Shown here one piece after another: positions 10,723 through 23,465 of a stretch of 64,000 bases of DNA. The notes below the pieces were generated by a model. It was not told the origin of the DNA and did not search any database. It saw only the letters and a program-made list of their open reading frames with translations. The translations under genes and the position numbers were made by a program. Source of the DNA: Magallana gigas (lineage: Eukaryota). Position 1 is the first letter of the stretch, and each line of letters opens with the position of its first letter. The stretch is taken from assembly GCF_963853765.1 (NCBI RefSeq), contig NC_088858.1, positions 10,726,001 to 10,790,000 of the forward strand, in the 5' to 3' direction.

Positions 10723-13672
10723 ATGAGTAGAATATATGACAACAAACCATTGCACAACTTGCCAGTGATAAATGTTGACATTCCCAGTATATGGGATCCT
10801 AATCAATATTCAAGGTAATATAAGGCTGTGTTTTTCATTTAAATTAAATCACAGGCCTCTGAATTTCTATCAGCTGATCAGGTATTATCTTTTGAGAAGT
10901 GGACAGGCATAGCCTACAGCCACATCCATGGATGTAGACTATGCCTGTCCACTTCTCAAAAGAGAATAAGTAAGCTAGCTGTTAAATGTTTAGGAAGAGA
11001 TATATATATTCCAGACATTTAACAGCTAACCGATAGAAGTTCATAGGCCTGTGTTTTAATGTTAATAAACTTTGTTAAGAACATGCACATGATATGCATT
11101 TAATGTAAACTCTCATCAAGAGCATGCATTTCATGATACCAGTAATTATTATTTGTCATGTTTTGCAAAGAAATTGTGCTAAACTTAATGAAAGATTTGA
11201 ATAAGGCTTTATTAAGCTGTAGAAAAAGAATTTGAATAGAGCATTATCTTACTATAAGATATGTACTGTAACAGCTTAATTAACTTACATAAAGCTAGAA
11301 TTTGTTCTACCCCATATCTAGATCAAGATATTGTGCACAGGTCTCAATAGTGATAAAAAGTTTTCGTTGGAATAATTAGTGTGCCTTTACGCGTATTCAA
11401 TGTCCTTACTTCAAGAAATTCAATTTTGACTTTATCTTATTCTGTTAATAGCTATTTATAGGGCCATATAAACTTTCTCTCATTACAAGTGAGCGAAATG
11501 GCCCATAGGCCTCTTTTTGAATGATCTCTCTCCTTCAAACATCACAAATTAATATCTTTTGATATTCGATATATTCCAAACATTTTCAGGTGTAATGTGC
11601 ACGTGGATCCGACAATGATCATAGGCATTGGGCAAGTATAAACCCAAAAGTCCCTGGTTCATTCCCTCCTGTGGTCACTTGATGTTGTGCCCTTAGACGA
11701 GGTGCTTTATCTATATTGTCTCAGTCCACCCAGCTGAAAGCTGGTACCGGTTAAGCTAGTGGGAGTTAACTTGGGAATTGTTAACTTTTATTCGCTTAGC
11801 ACCCCAGAAACCAGGGCACCGGCCATATATGCGTCTTAATCATGGCTCGGAGAAGGGTTTTATACTGTTTTAATTTAAGATTATTAGTATTTTATTTTAA
11901 AGTTTTATTTTATACTTTTAGTGGAGATGGAGTCATTCTTGAGGGAAATATTAAAGGAAGAAGTCGATTTAGTTTAACTGACAAATCACATTCAAAGGTA
12001 CCAAATGATTATTTTGTCAAATGTTTGCTGAATGTCAAATACATTGTATTATTATATAAATAGTGCCTGTTTGGGAGGGTAACAGTTGAAATTGACACCC
12101 CGAGAAAACCATTGTCAACCGACGCGAAGCGGAGGTTGACAATGGTTTTCGAGGGGTGTCAATTTCAACTGTTATCCTCCCAAACAGGCACTATTTATTT
12201 TGTTATACTGAATGTCTTAATTTTTAAGAAAATTTTACTGCTTTTATATAGGAATAACGTGAATTCTACAGCGAACCGTACGTGCATAATTTTCGCGCAT
12301 GTAACATTTTTTAATGTTACCCGTTGCTTAGTGCGTTACTAACGCTGAGGATAATAGAAAATATTATTAACTGCGTCTTAACCAATCAGATTTCAGTATT
12401 TGACATGAAAGTATAACAAAAAATTATACCTATAATAAAAGGAAACAATTGTTAAATTGTTAGGATACATATTTAACTAACAATTGAGTTAAAAACTTCT
12501 AAAAAAAAATTCATTTTACATTTATGGATGAAGCATTTTACATCATGTGTTTTTCTTGGGATACAGTTCCGCTATTACATACTGCATACAGAGGTACAGA
12601 GGGCCCACAGGAGAAAGTTTGAGAGTAATGGCCGTGAAATTGAACCCAACTTTAGTGAAACTCACAAAGTGAGGACAGGCTACCTCAATTCATCTTACAG
12701 TAAGTTGGCAATCATTTGAGGACAAAAATGTAAACATGTCTTGAACTGGCTTGTTTTAGCCAAAAACTGACCAAAACTGTTGTCAAAAGATTAAAAAAAC
12801 AATAAATATGAGGTTTTATATGTTAATTGTTTTGTATGCAAATTAACAAATTAAAGTACATGTATTTGACACAATAACGCAACATCAACACAATTTTCCA
12901 AAATCAATGCAACTTTACAAACTTTTTTTTTCTTTTCAGAGGTTGAACCAAAAGGTCAGACTGATAAACTAAGTTCAGATCAGGTCAAGGACATAGTATG
13001 TCATGATGACCTTACAAAGATTACATCACCCAGGTTACCAAAGGAATGTACAGGTTGTCTATCTCTATGGTTACAGGAAAATGAAATGGAAAAAATGGAA
13101 CTGGAAGAAGGAGAAATGATCAGAGTAAAAACATCAGGAAATGGGCCATTTATCTGTAAGTAATATCTGTCTGGAGTTGGAGTAAAAGCTCAAAATTTAG
13201 CAATTGTTTTTGCACTGAACAGAAGGTTGACATTCCATCTATACCTATAAAACATTACGGAAATATTCTGTCATCTTACATGTCTTTATCTTGTTACCGG
13301 TATCTACCAATATACAAAGACATAAGAAATCCTTTTTGTCACTATACCTTCAAAGGCAGCATAACAAAAATGGATGCTGAGGCCAAGACAAAAGGAAATT
13401 ATGCGGGGGGTGAAAATGTGGGAGGCTCATGGACTGATAAAATCATGGGCATGAAATCCTCACAGCCCGCCGACACAAGTCAGGCAGAAGGGGTGGATGA
13501 GGATGAGTGGGTATGTCAATTCAAACAATACTCACTCTGTTAAAAGCCAGTGAAGTTGTATTCTTCTCCTTTTCGAAAGAAAATATCAGCTTATGGTAAT
13601 TTGTACATGGAGTTACTTTCATTTATTTTGCATTATAAATATAATTTCTATTCTTTTTTCCAGGATGATTAG
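10723..13672 (+). CDS. ARPIN: Arpin, Arp2/3 complex inhibitor (226 aa)
   Basis: Exons 10723-10814, 11922-11997, 12567-12699, 12940-13155, 13356-13510 and 13664-13672 join in frame (681 nt). The product runs MSRIYDNK..WDP..GDGVILEG..RRKFESNGREIEPNFSETHKVRTGYLNSSYK..GGSWTDKIMGMK..EGVDEDEWDD*, matching the recalled human Arpin including its acidic-Trp tail. AATAAA at 13851. Confidence 0.95.
10844..11059. mobile_element. TTAA-bounded multi-hairpin MITE-like element in ARPIN intron 1
   Basis: Outer inverted repeats (10844-10871 / 11032-11059) ending in TTAA enclose two further hairpins (10885-10969 and 10976-11028). Confidence 0.6.
11630..11835 (+). mobile_element. Ancient SINE remnant with a conserved central (CORE/Deu-like) domain
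   Basis: Motif GTGCCCTTAGACGAGGTGCTTT..CTCAGTCCACCCAGCTG..GGTACC, shared with a second copy at ~62438-62650. The exact SINE domain family cannot be fixed without a search. Confidence 0.55.
12056..12420 (+). mobile_element. Long-hairpin non-autonomous element (possibly Crypton-like), copy 1
   Basis: About 65-bp-arm hairpin at 12056-12197 capped by CGCGAAGCG, followed by ~220 bp ending AACCAATCAGATTTCAG..GAAAGTATAACAA. A highly similar copy lies at 42845-43200. Confidence 0.8.
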
Positions 13673-14640
13673 CGAATGTCCAAACTTTCAGTTCTCCAAC
13701 TTTTGTGGTTGGTGGGAGTTCTGTAAGAACCACGCCAGCCTAACATATTTAACACTGCCATGACAAACCACCAAGACAAACAATATGTTATAAACAGGCT
13801 TTGTTAATCACTATTTATCCTTAACAATACCCAGATATTATTTATTGTGCAATAAAAAGTCAAAAGTTTTGAGTCATCTTTATTTCTTTTTGTTTTCATT
13901 TTTAAACTGATAATTCTTACATTGTACATACATGTACATTTCTCACTATATCAACAATCATGATAATTTTAATATACATATAAATTATAATTCCCGAATA
14001 CATACAATTTAGTGAATACCTATTTCCATTATAATACTATTAAATGAAATTCAACCCTATAACAACGATCATTTTCCATCAACATACTCGTCAACCTCTT
14101 TACTACATGGATTGATTTGGATCACACCGAACAATGCACTACATCCACCACACAAAGGACCAGCAGTGGGTGCTCTGTTCGTTTCATCACAGGACTTAAT
14201 TGACTGCGACACATCCACACTGGCGGTGCTGCAGAGACTAGATTCACAAAACATAAACAGGGAACACTTTGTATTTACACATTGCTGTATATGGTATACA
14301 ATTGTAGCTTTGGAAATATTGAAACATAAGTGTTGGATATTTTTCCCTACATCTGCTTTCCAGCCTTTATTGGACTTCTGAAATGGCTATCCAACGAAAT
14401 GAAAGTGTAAAAATTCAAATGTTGACATACTGGTCAACTCTTTTTTTGTTTACATTGTAAACAACAGCATTTGTTACCCCTTAAAAAAACAAGCAAGCCA
14501 CTGTGATTAAAATTGAATACTAGTACATGTAATATTATACGAGTCTGTTTATACACTCTATAACTTAATGGTGTCATGGAAGCTATGATATTCCATAAAT
14601 ACCCAATATTCTATCCAATCACTACTATAGGTTTAGTCCA

Positions 14641-14870
14641 TCAATTAAACAAAAGGTCTTCGTCTCTCTCCTCAGCTAGAAGACTAGCCGGTTCCTTAAA
14701 CTCATTACTAGCTTTGAAGGCAGCTAATCTGGCCTCGGTTACTTCTTTAATTTTCCTCTTTTTCTCCTGAATTTTCTTTAACCTGTAAGTGAGAAAGTTT
14801 GATAAAACCTTCTAAAAGATTTAATTTAATGATAAGGTATGATCTGTCATAAATAAAACCTTTAAAATAA

Positions 14871-14906
<36 letters not shown>

Positions 14907-16672
14907 GAACAATAGGTATGATAAAATCAGATTAATGGAGTCATAATACAAACTATCTGGACAATGTACAATAATACATGTAGATCCTGTATAAATAAAA
15001 TCCATTTTTCCCCTGGATATTCTTATGTTTATAATCATTAGTCCCTTTTCTAACAGGATGATTTTATAGTCATATCATATGTTGAGTATTGCAGTTCTCA
15101 AAAAGATCCTTAACAATTGTTTATATATGGGATATAAACGTACATCAAACTCTGAACCTTCTTGTGAGGCCAAAGAATTGTCCTGGGGCCAAAGTCTTAA
15201 CAATTATAAAGAATCATCTGGCTGATTAGTTTCTGAGAAGAAGATTTTTAAAGATTTACCATATATATACCTTTGTTAAACTTTGACCCCCCATTGTGGC
15301 CCCACCCTACCCCCGAGGATCATGATTTTCACAACTTTGAATTTACACTACCTGAGGACGCTTCCACATAAGTTTCAGCTTACCTGGCTGATTAGTTTCT
15401 GAGAAGAAGATTTTTAAAGATTTACTCTATATATTCCTATGTTAAACTTCGACACCCCATTGTGGCCCCACCCTACTCCTGGGGATCATGATTTTCACAA
15501 CTATGAATCTACACTACCTGAGGATGCTTCTACACAAGTTTCAGCTTTTCTGGCTGATTAGTTTCTGAGAAGAAGATTTTTAAAGATTTACTCTATATAT
15601 TCATATGTAAAACTTCGACCACCCATTGTGGCCCCACCCTAACCCCGGGGATCATGATTTTCACAACTTTGAATTTACACTACCAGAGATTGCTTCCACA
15701 CAAGTTTCAGCTTTCCTGGCTGATTAGTTTCTGAGAAAAAGATTTTTAAAGATTTACTCTATATATTCCTATGTAAAACTTCGATTTCCCATTGTGGCCC
15801 CACCCTACCCCCGGGGATCATGATTTTCACAACTTTGTATCTACACTACCTGAGGATGCTTTCACACAAGTTTCAGCTTTCCTGGCTGATTAGTTTCTGA
15901 GAAGAAGATTTTTAAAGATTTACTCTATATATTCCTATGTAAAACTTCGACCCCCCATTGTGGCCCCACCCTACCCCCGGGGGTCATGATTTTCACAACT
16001 TTGAATCTACACAACCTGAGGATGCTTCCAGTCAAGTTTCAGCTTTTCTGGCTAATTAGTTTCTGAGAAAAAGATTTTTAAAGATTTACTCTATATATTC
16101 CTATGTATAACTTCAACTAACCAATAAGGCCCCAGCCTACCCTCGGGGGTTATGATTTTCACAACTATGAATCTACACTACCTGAGGATGCTTCCACACA
16201 AGTTTCAGCTTTCCTGGTCTTATGGTTCACGAGAAGGAGATTTTTAAAGATTTACTCTATATATTCCCATGTTAAATTTCGACCCCCAATTGTGGCCCCA
16301 CCCTACCCCCGGGGATCATGATTTTCACAACAATGAATCTACACTACCTGAGGATGCTTCCACACAAGTTTCAGCTTTCCTGGTCTTATGGTTCATGAGA
16401 AGAAGATTTTTAAAGATTTACTCTGTATATTCCTATGTAAAACTTCGACCTTCCATTGTGGCCCCACCCTACCCCGGGGGTCATGAATTTCACAAATTAG
16501 AATCTACACTACCTGAGGATGCTTCCACACAAGTTTCAGCTTTCCTGGTCTTATGGTTCATGAGAAGAAGATTTTTGAAAATTTCTCAAAAATTTTCATA
16601 AATTCCTAATTATCTCCCTTTGCAAAAAGGCATGGTCCTTAATTTTCACAACTTTAAATCCCCTTAGGCTAG

Positions 16673-16719
<47 letters not shown>

Positions 16720-16798
16720 GAAGATGTTGAAAATGTGAAAAGTTTACAGACAGACGGACGGACAGACAGACGGACGACAGACAAAATGTGATCAGAAT

Positions 16799-16835
<37 letters not shown>

Positions 16836-19800
16836 TAAACATCATTTTGAAGGTGACCATCTCAAAGGGCCCCGCTTAAATAATGGAAAATAGTATGAAA
16901 AGCATTTCAGAGGACTTTGCTTTGACCTTAACCTCACAGATATTTTCCAGTTGGCATAGAACTTAAATTCAAGCTAATTACCCCTTACCAACAGGCATTC
17001 TGGGGTTTAATCTAAGCAAGATTTTAAAGAGATCTGCTATGATCTTCACATTTAACCTTTAAGCCACTGCAGTACATATGTCTCTTTACCTAAAAGCTTT
17101 GTTAATTTGATTTTGAAGAGCCAGATAGTGCTTAGAAAAGAGTATATATGCTCTGATAAAAGATTTTTGATTTGTTTGATACAACCGTGACTCTTGACCT
17201 AGAAACATCATTTAAGGTCACTCCACACCCTTTTACCAAAGGCACTATGTAGGTGAAATACATATATGAGCCAGATTGGACCAGGGAGAGAGAATATACA
17301 TGCATGATCTGGACAAGGATTTTAAAGATAATTCTGGTATGACCTAAACCGTAGTCCTAGAAACTTGGTTCAAGGTAACTGAACACCCTTTACCCAAAGG
17401 CACTCTGGGGGTGAAGTATGAGTCAGATTGTGCCAGGGGGATAGACGATATGCTCTGAACAAGTGATCTAAACTGGACAGACAGATGGGAGGGCATAATG
17501 ATCAATATAGGTCACCTGCAGAGCGGGGCCCTCATTATACCAATACCATAAATCATTGCTGTAAACTCATGGAGTCTTGTATACGCTTATTGACATTTGC
17601 CAACATGTTGAACTTTTTTTGTTTTTATAAACACATGTATTTATTATTCCAAGTTCATTGATGAGAAAGCAAAACTCTTTAAGTTTTTGAAGACATAAAA
17701 ACAAAAATAATGTGAAAACATGCCCTTGTTGATACATGCATGATTAAGCATATTGAACAAGATTGTTATATTTCCTCCATAAAAGTGTGAAATAGCTGAT
17801 CAGAAAAGCGCATGAATAATTCATGTGAAGAAGAAAAGTTCAATGATTTAATTCATGGTCTGTAAGTTTCAGCAAGGCTGACAGGGTTAAAGACGATGAC
17901 CGTAAATTGAGCATTAGAACATGTTTCAGAAAAGATCATAGATACCTATAGAATTCTTCTCTTTCTCTTTCATCAAGTTCTGAAGTAATATAGGCTAATG
18001 TTCTTTCAATACGTGGAATGATGACTGAAAATGAACAAAAAATGCTCAATAACTTTCTCACTTTCTTAAAAATGCCAATAAATAAAGATCTACATTTAGA
18101 TAAACTTTACTGGTCATCAATGTATCCCCAGTATACTGTGGTTTCATTAATATTCAAGGGTATCAATTTTCGTGGATAAAGTGAAAATCACAGTTTCAAG
18201 GATATGTAAATTCGTGGCCAATGACCCTATCAATACAAAATGTTAATAGATATTGCACTTCAATGAACATTAAATTTCGTGGATCAACTTAACAATGAAA
18301 TCCACGAAAATTGGTATTCAACGAATATTGATGAAACCACAGTAAATGAATATGTACTCATACATGAAATAGGTTTGATCCTATTCATCAAAAGCATGGA
18401 ATCCTTAATTTTCTTGTAAAATTTTCAATCATAATTCAGAAGAATACTTGCCATGTTCAATAGCATTGACTCTGCGGTTTGTTATCTTGATCACTTCGTC
18501 TAATGTAACAAATGCTGTCTGTAGAGAGGCCAGCTCCACCAGTAACTGAATGGCACGTGCATAGTTCTTCTTCAATCTGTCTATCTGCTGTCCTCCTCGG
18601 GAGAGACCCGTCAATTCGTAACCTGTAACAGCAAGCTACTGGTTAACTGTTCTAGACATTAGAACCTGGCATCAGGGTTTTTACTAAATATGTCGGTAAG
18701 TGTACACCAAATCAAGGACAATATTTCAATTTTATCTGCATAGGAAGCAACCAGTGTGTAGGTCATTCATTTTCATCTACACATATATTTTAAACTTCCA
18801 TTAGATCAAGACATCATCAGTCTCTTATATATTTACTCTTTATCCCATTTAATTGATTAGGAAATTCAAATTAATGCTTCAAACGTGTAAAGCACTTTTT
18901 ATTTTCAGTTTAAAAAATGTTTTAAAATTCATTCGTCTCTTTACTACTTTTCAACCACAATGATGAATACTTACTGTCAGATCCATCTTGATAACCCTCA
19001 AACACTGGTAACAACACACCTGTCATAAAAGAAAATATTTGGATGAATTTAACTCACTTCACATTAAATGAAAGGGTGTCCAATTAACAACTCTTCACCC
19101 AAAGTAAAACATTTCTATTATACCTGCTACATTGTCTTTCTTGGATCGCACTTTCAGCTGTGCTTTGTTGACATTCTGTAGAACCATATGATTAATGTCT
19201 CCTGAAGTGAATTTAGCTTCGGCTAGGGAAAACGAAGCCTCTTTCATCACATCTCCCATCAAAACTTTAGTCTAAAATACAACAGATGATTTGTTACAAT
19301 TTCTAGATTAAGCTGATTTCATGACCTATAAATTCCAATTTAACAAATCTTTGGTGGTAATACAAATGAATTATGTGTTAAAGAAAACTGACGTTTTACC
19401 CCAAAAAATCTTACCTCTATAATCTTTTTCAAAATAGCTCGAAACCTCATGGTGAGAGCATCAGCTTTTTTCTTCAGTAGACTATGGCCCTTTTGAGCTC
19501 CTTTTAGTCTTGCCTTCATAATGGCCATAGCCCTAATAATCAATCAAAATCATTCAAATTCTTAGCATGCTTACAATTTATTTTATGTTTCTAAATATAT
19601 CACAAAATAACTTATCTGCAAGATTTCCCCCAAAAAAACATGTACCGTATTACACACCCACTAGATTTAACTTAGTCTTGCATGTACTCATTGGATTAAA
19701 ACAAAATGGTCAGTATACAAAACCTGCCAGTGGTGGGAAAAGTTTCAAAAGAACAGTAACATTTTTCCCAAATATGAATTTCATCAATTTTTTCTGAACT

Positions 19801-20930
19801 TAAATTGTGAAGTTAATATAAAGTCAAAATCTTTTAGGTACAAATGAGATAAAGTAAAAATAACTCTGCTTACAACACAGAGCACAGCACACAGGCTTGT
19901 TTCTGTATTAAAGTTTAATGTAATGTAATATTACTTTGAATTCCGTTGAGTAACCCCCTTCTGTGAATTGCAATCAGTTTTGCCTTTCGATGAAGCCCAA
20001 TTAGAGACTTCTATATAGAGGTTTAAAATAACTTTTCTAGTTGGCAAGCAATGGCTGGATGCTGCTTATTCACACTGATAAAACTATCGGTAAATATATG
20101 GCACACCCAATTCACAAAAATGAGCTAAACATAGTTTCACAGTCGATAAACGTGGTTTATTAACAATAAACATCAAACATGTTAATTATATTTTTACACT
20201 TTTGAAACATAGATGATTGTGTTAACGTACTATGGTTTACAAATGTGAAACATAGATTAACGTCATTAACAACAGTTTTCTGTTCATAAACTACAGTTTA
20301 AAAATGGTAAACCTAGTTTACTGACTGTGTAGCTCAGTTTTGTGACTTTGGCGTGCCATATAAACAACGGCAAGTACCAGTATATATGCCTATGTGATTT
20401 TGAAGATAAATTATCATAGTAAAGAAATTGTCCGTTATTTTCCAGCTGGAAGCGAAAATGATTGCAATTAACGGAAAAGGCCTCACTTTGTAAAACAGAG
20501 TTAGTTACCTTGTGTTATTATTTTATTATGGGGTAAAATTTATTGCAAAACATTTAGTGTCTGTGACAGCCCATCGATCTGCATGTTTATGCACTGCGTA
20601 TTTGCTTGTACATAACGTTATATATCTAGATATATAGAAACAAGCTTAACCCTGTGTGTTAGAAAATCATCAAAATGAGGATAAATTTTATAACAGTATT
20701 ATAAAAGTACAAAATCTAAATAAAACTACATTGTATCATTGTTTATCATAAGTTTACAGATTAGTGTATGTAATATTATCATTACGCCAAATACATTTTT
20801 ACAAATGTACATTATTGTCACCTTCTTAAGTACTTTATAAATCGATAAAATAACATAATTATTTTAAGTTACGACTGTATTTTTACATTCGAGAAGGGAA
20901 AATGTTGATTCTATCACCAGCTCCCGACAT
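14641..20930 (-). CDS. ATP6V1D: V-type proton ATPase V1 subunit D (248 aa)
   Basis: Exons 20930-20887, 19532-19415, 19271-19124, 19019-18975, 18622-18452, 18024-17946 and 14782-14641 (747 nt). The product runs [102 protein letters not shown]. Confidence 0.98.
14872..16834 (-). mobile_element. Non-autonomous Helentron/HINE-like element carrying a satellite array
   Basis: On the minus strand it begins TTTTTAGCTCACCTGAGC..GCTCAAGTGAGCT (subterminal IR plus hairpin) followed by a (GTCT/GTCC)n microsatellite. It ends CAGGTGAGCGATGTGGCCCATGGGCCTCTTGTT. A central tandem array is present. Confidence 0.85.
15219..16580. repeat. ~166-bp tandem satellite (Cg170/HindIII-like), about 8 monomers
   Basis: The unit TTCTGAGAAGAAGATTTTTAAAGATTTACTCTATATATTCCTATG..CCCCACCCTACCCCCGGGG..CTACACTACCTGAGGATGCTTCCACACAAGTTTCAGC recurs every ~166 bp. 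Confidence 0.9.
16860..17535. mobile_element. Older degraded Helentron-like element with diverged internal repeats
   Basis: Inverted AGGGCCCCGC-like ends (~16865 and ~17525), a GACAGACAGA remnant, and a repeated GACCT..AGAAAC..AAGGTCAC..ACCCTTT..CCAAAGGCACT..GTGAA.TATGAG.CAGATTG block. Confidence 0.5.
18136..18342. mobile_element. Tc1/mariner-type MITE
   Basis: TIR CTGTGGTTTCATTAATATTC / GAATATTGATGAAACCACAG with TA on both sides. Confidence 0.8.
20095..20362. mobile_element. TA-flanked MITE in ATP6V1D intron 1
   Basis: About 40-bp TIR TATATGGCAC.CC.A.TCACAAAA.TGAGCTA.AC at both ends. Confidence 0.75.
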
Positions 20931-23465
20931 TTTTTCTGCTCCAAGTTTTCGATCACATGTCAATATCACGTGATTTGTACGGAAGTTGTATCGGGTTCGC
21001 TAAGCAAATGTAATTCCGGATTTTTAACTTCTTACATGTAGTTTTGAGTTTATTAATAAAAACTATTTTGAAATTAAAATAATGTTTGATTTTAAAAAAA
21101 AACCAAAAAAACTGAAAGATTGGCCATATCTTATCAAACCAGAAAAAGACATCTCTGTAAAAGACCCATCTTTTCTTCTTGATCAACAGTATTTAATGTG
21201 AGAAATTAATATAGGACACTTCTGATGAAAGATAATCACATTAAAAAAAATCACATACACATGTACCACGGTTTTTCATAACATGCACTTTTAAAACTTT
21301 CATCAAGTAAATATCACAACCATAACAGCATAAAGAATAATTAAAATATAAAATTATAAGATTGATAAAAGATTTAGAAATGTTGGTCCTGTATTGATTT
21401 GCATATAGAACGCTTCAGTAGGGGGTAGGTGCGTGCAATCACCACCTCCTTTGTCTAACATAGGTTTCTGATTTTTTTCCCTATGTCAGTCACTTTTCAG
21501 TTACCTGCAATTCATCTGCACTCACGGTGATATAAGTTAGTGGACGCCATTAGACCTAATAAATCTTCTAAAGAAGATAGAAGCAAGGCAATTTATATTT
21601 AGATATGTAAAAATAACAAAAATTATTTTTTATAAATTTATTTATTCATTAAAGCCATTATCACAGAGGGCCCACAACTCGATTTTAGGGGAATGAATGT
21701 GAAGAATTCCCCTGAAGAAAACTGGTACTCAAATTTGGAAACTGATAAATAAGCAATTAGTTTGATCGAGAGATTATTAGGTTAATAATTAGGTTCTTTA
21801 CAATTGTCTATATGTTTGTATTCTTGTAAATATGTTATGATAATCTCCTTTGGGAGGAAATAAAGAAAGAAAGAAAGAAAGAATGCAAAATAGTTAAAAT
21901 GTTTATTCTTTATATACATTAAAATATCATAAATGTGACATATATGTACACATTAAATATAACTGAATTATAAATGTTTCCAGTTTTATACCGATATAAT
22001 GATATGCAAACTTTAAACATTTGAAATGTTAATTTCGAAGAAAGGGGTGCCTCCAATAAATCGAGTTTTGAAGTTTTAATGTATAACACATGCGTGCATA
22101 TAGAAAATTTCATTGGCCCTAAATTCAAATGAACACTGGGTCATAAGTTCATAAATAGAGTCTCTCTACCCCCACCCCCCACACACACACGGAAAGATAA
22201 ACAAATCTACAAAGGAGTAATACTGGGTCTACGACGTGTGTTAATGACCTCATTATGACTTGCTACATTATCCCGTTAAAGCCAACAGCTGACCCGTAAA
22301 GACTAATGAGAGGCTGGTGGCTATAATTATGCTACAATCCCTCCAATCTGTACCTATCCAACAATGCAACAACAAATCTTGCACTGTACTTGCATAATAA
22401 TTGTATTGGGCACACACGTAGATGTATATTTATAAGAATAACATAATTCACACATACACTTATTTACAGTTACATTTTTATTTTTTTACGATGTAATTAA
22501 TCAACTTTTTATGATACGACAACTGTACCCCGCTGGTAAATGGCAACACTCTTTTCATCCTTGCGTTCCCCCTGTAAAGAGAGTTGACCATTTGCTGTTG
22601 CCGGCGGACTTTGGCGCTCTGACAAGTTGCCGTGAAGCGCCCGATGTCCCGGGACCTACTAATTATCCGACTCGGCCTCCAGAGAGACAGAGAGAGAAAT
22701 AGAGAGTAAACTCGCCTTTATAGTACACACACCATGTAATATCTCATCCGTAAGCGCGTCAATAATAGAGATGAAGGTTTATGTTGGAAATTAACATACT
22801 GAAATAAGCGAGACAGCTGGTGAAGGGCTTCACGGATTATTTCCCTCCAGTGAAAGGACGAACCCTTTTGATTTAGGATCCGAGATCGCATCACAAAAAA
22901 TAATGACCACTGCGTGTGTATTCCTCCCTGTGAACTGCATAACTCTTTTTACGGAATTTTCATAGAAATTCGCCGATTCTCCCTCCATGCTAATCGCTTT
23001 TATATGCACCGAGGAAGGAGACTAGTGTAATTTACTGCATTAATAGATCAGTAAAGCCTCTGAATCTGATCACGAACCCTGGAATGCTAATAGAAAATAT
23101 CTTTCACCGGAGATGCTGTCAGCATATCACTTTCATACGGAGGATGGGACGTTTCGAGCTTGGATCAGAAATGTGGAAGCAATCTGAGGTTCGGGAAACA
23201 CGGGAAATGAAATCTGCGGAGTTACCATGGAGATCATGAAAGTTATATAATTAATATTTTATCGCGAATTTTCTACTATAAGCTCTGAGAAAAGAATGCG
23301 ATTTTGTTCACCGCTGGTATTATCAGCGTAATCCTCACTCTCAGAGAAGTTTGCGCAATAGGATGCTCTCTTTTTGTGCTTGTTAGTGCGATCATGGAGA
23401 TTTGGTTTGAATTTTAAACAGTTGAACATTTTATTTGATTGAACTTGTTGTTGACCCTCATTCCG

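Noticed and set aside
12112-12342. Repeated ORF MSTDAKRRLTMVFEG.. (also 42901-43152 and 42737-42931)
   Set aside because: Chance translation of the hairpin repeat, starting from a non-ATG codon and appearing on both strands because of the palindrome.
16269-16805. ORFs of 110 aa and 69 aa in the satellite/Helentron
   Set aside because: Products of repeat monomers and the element's microsatellite end, with no protein-like features.
17940-17946. Possible U12-type donor in ATP6V1D (GTATCT)
   Set aside because: It does not match the strict GTATCCTT U12 consensus.
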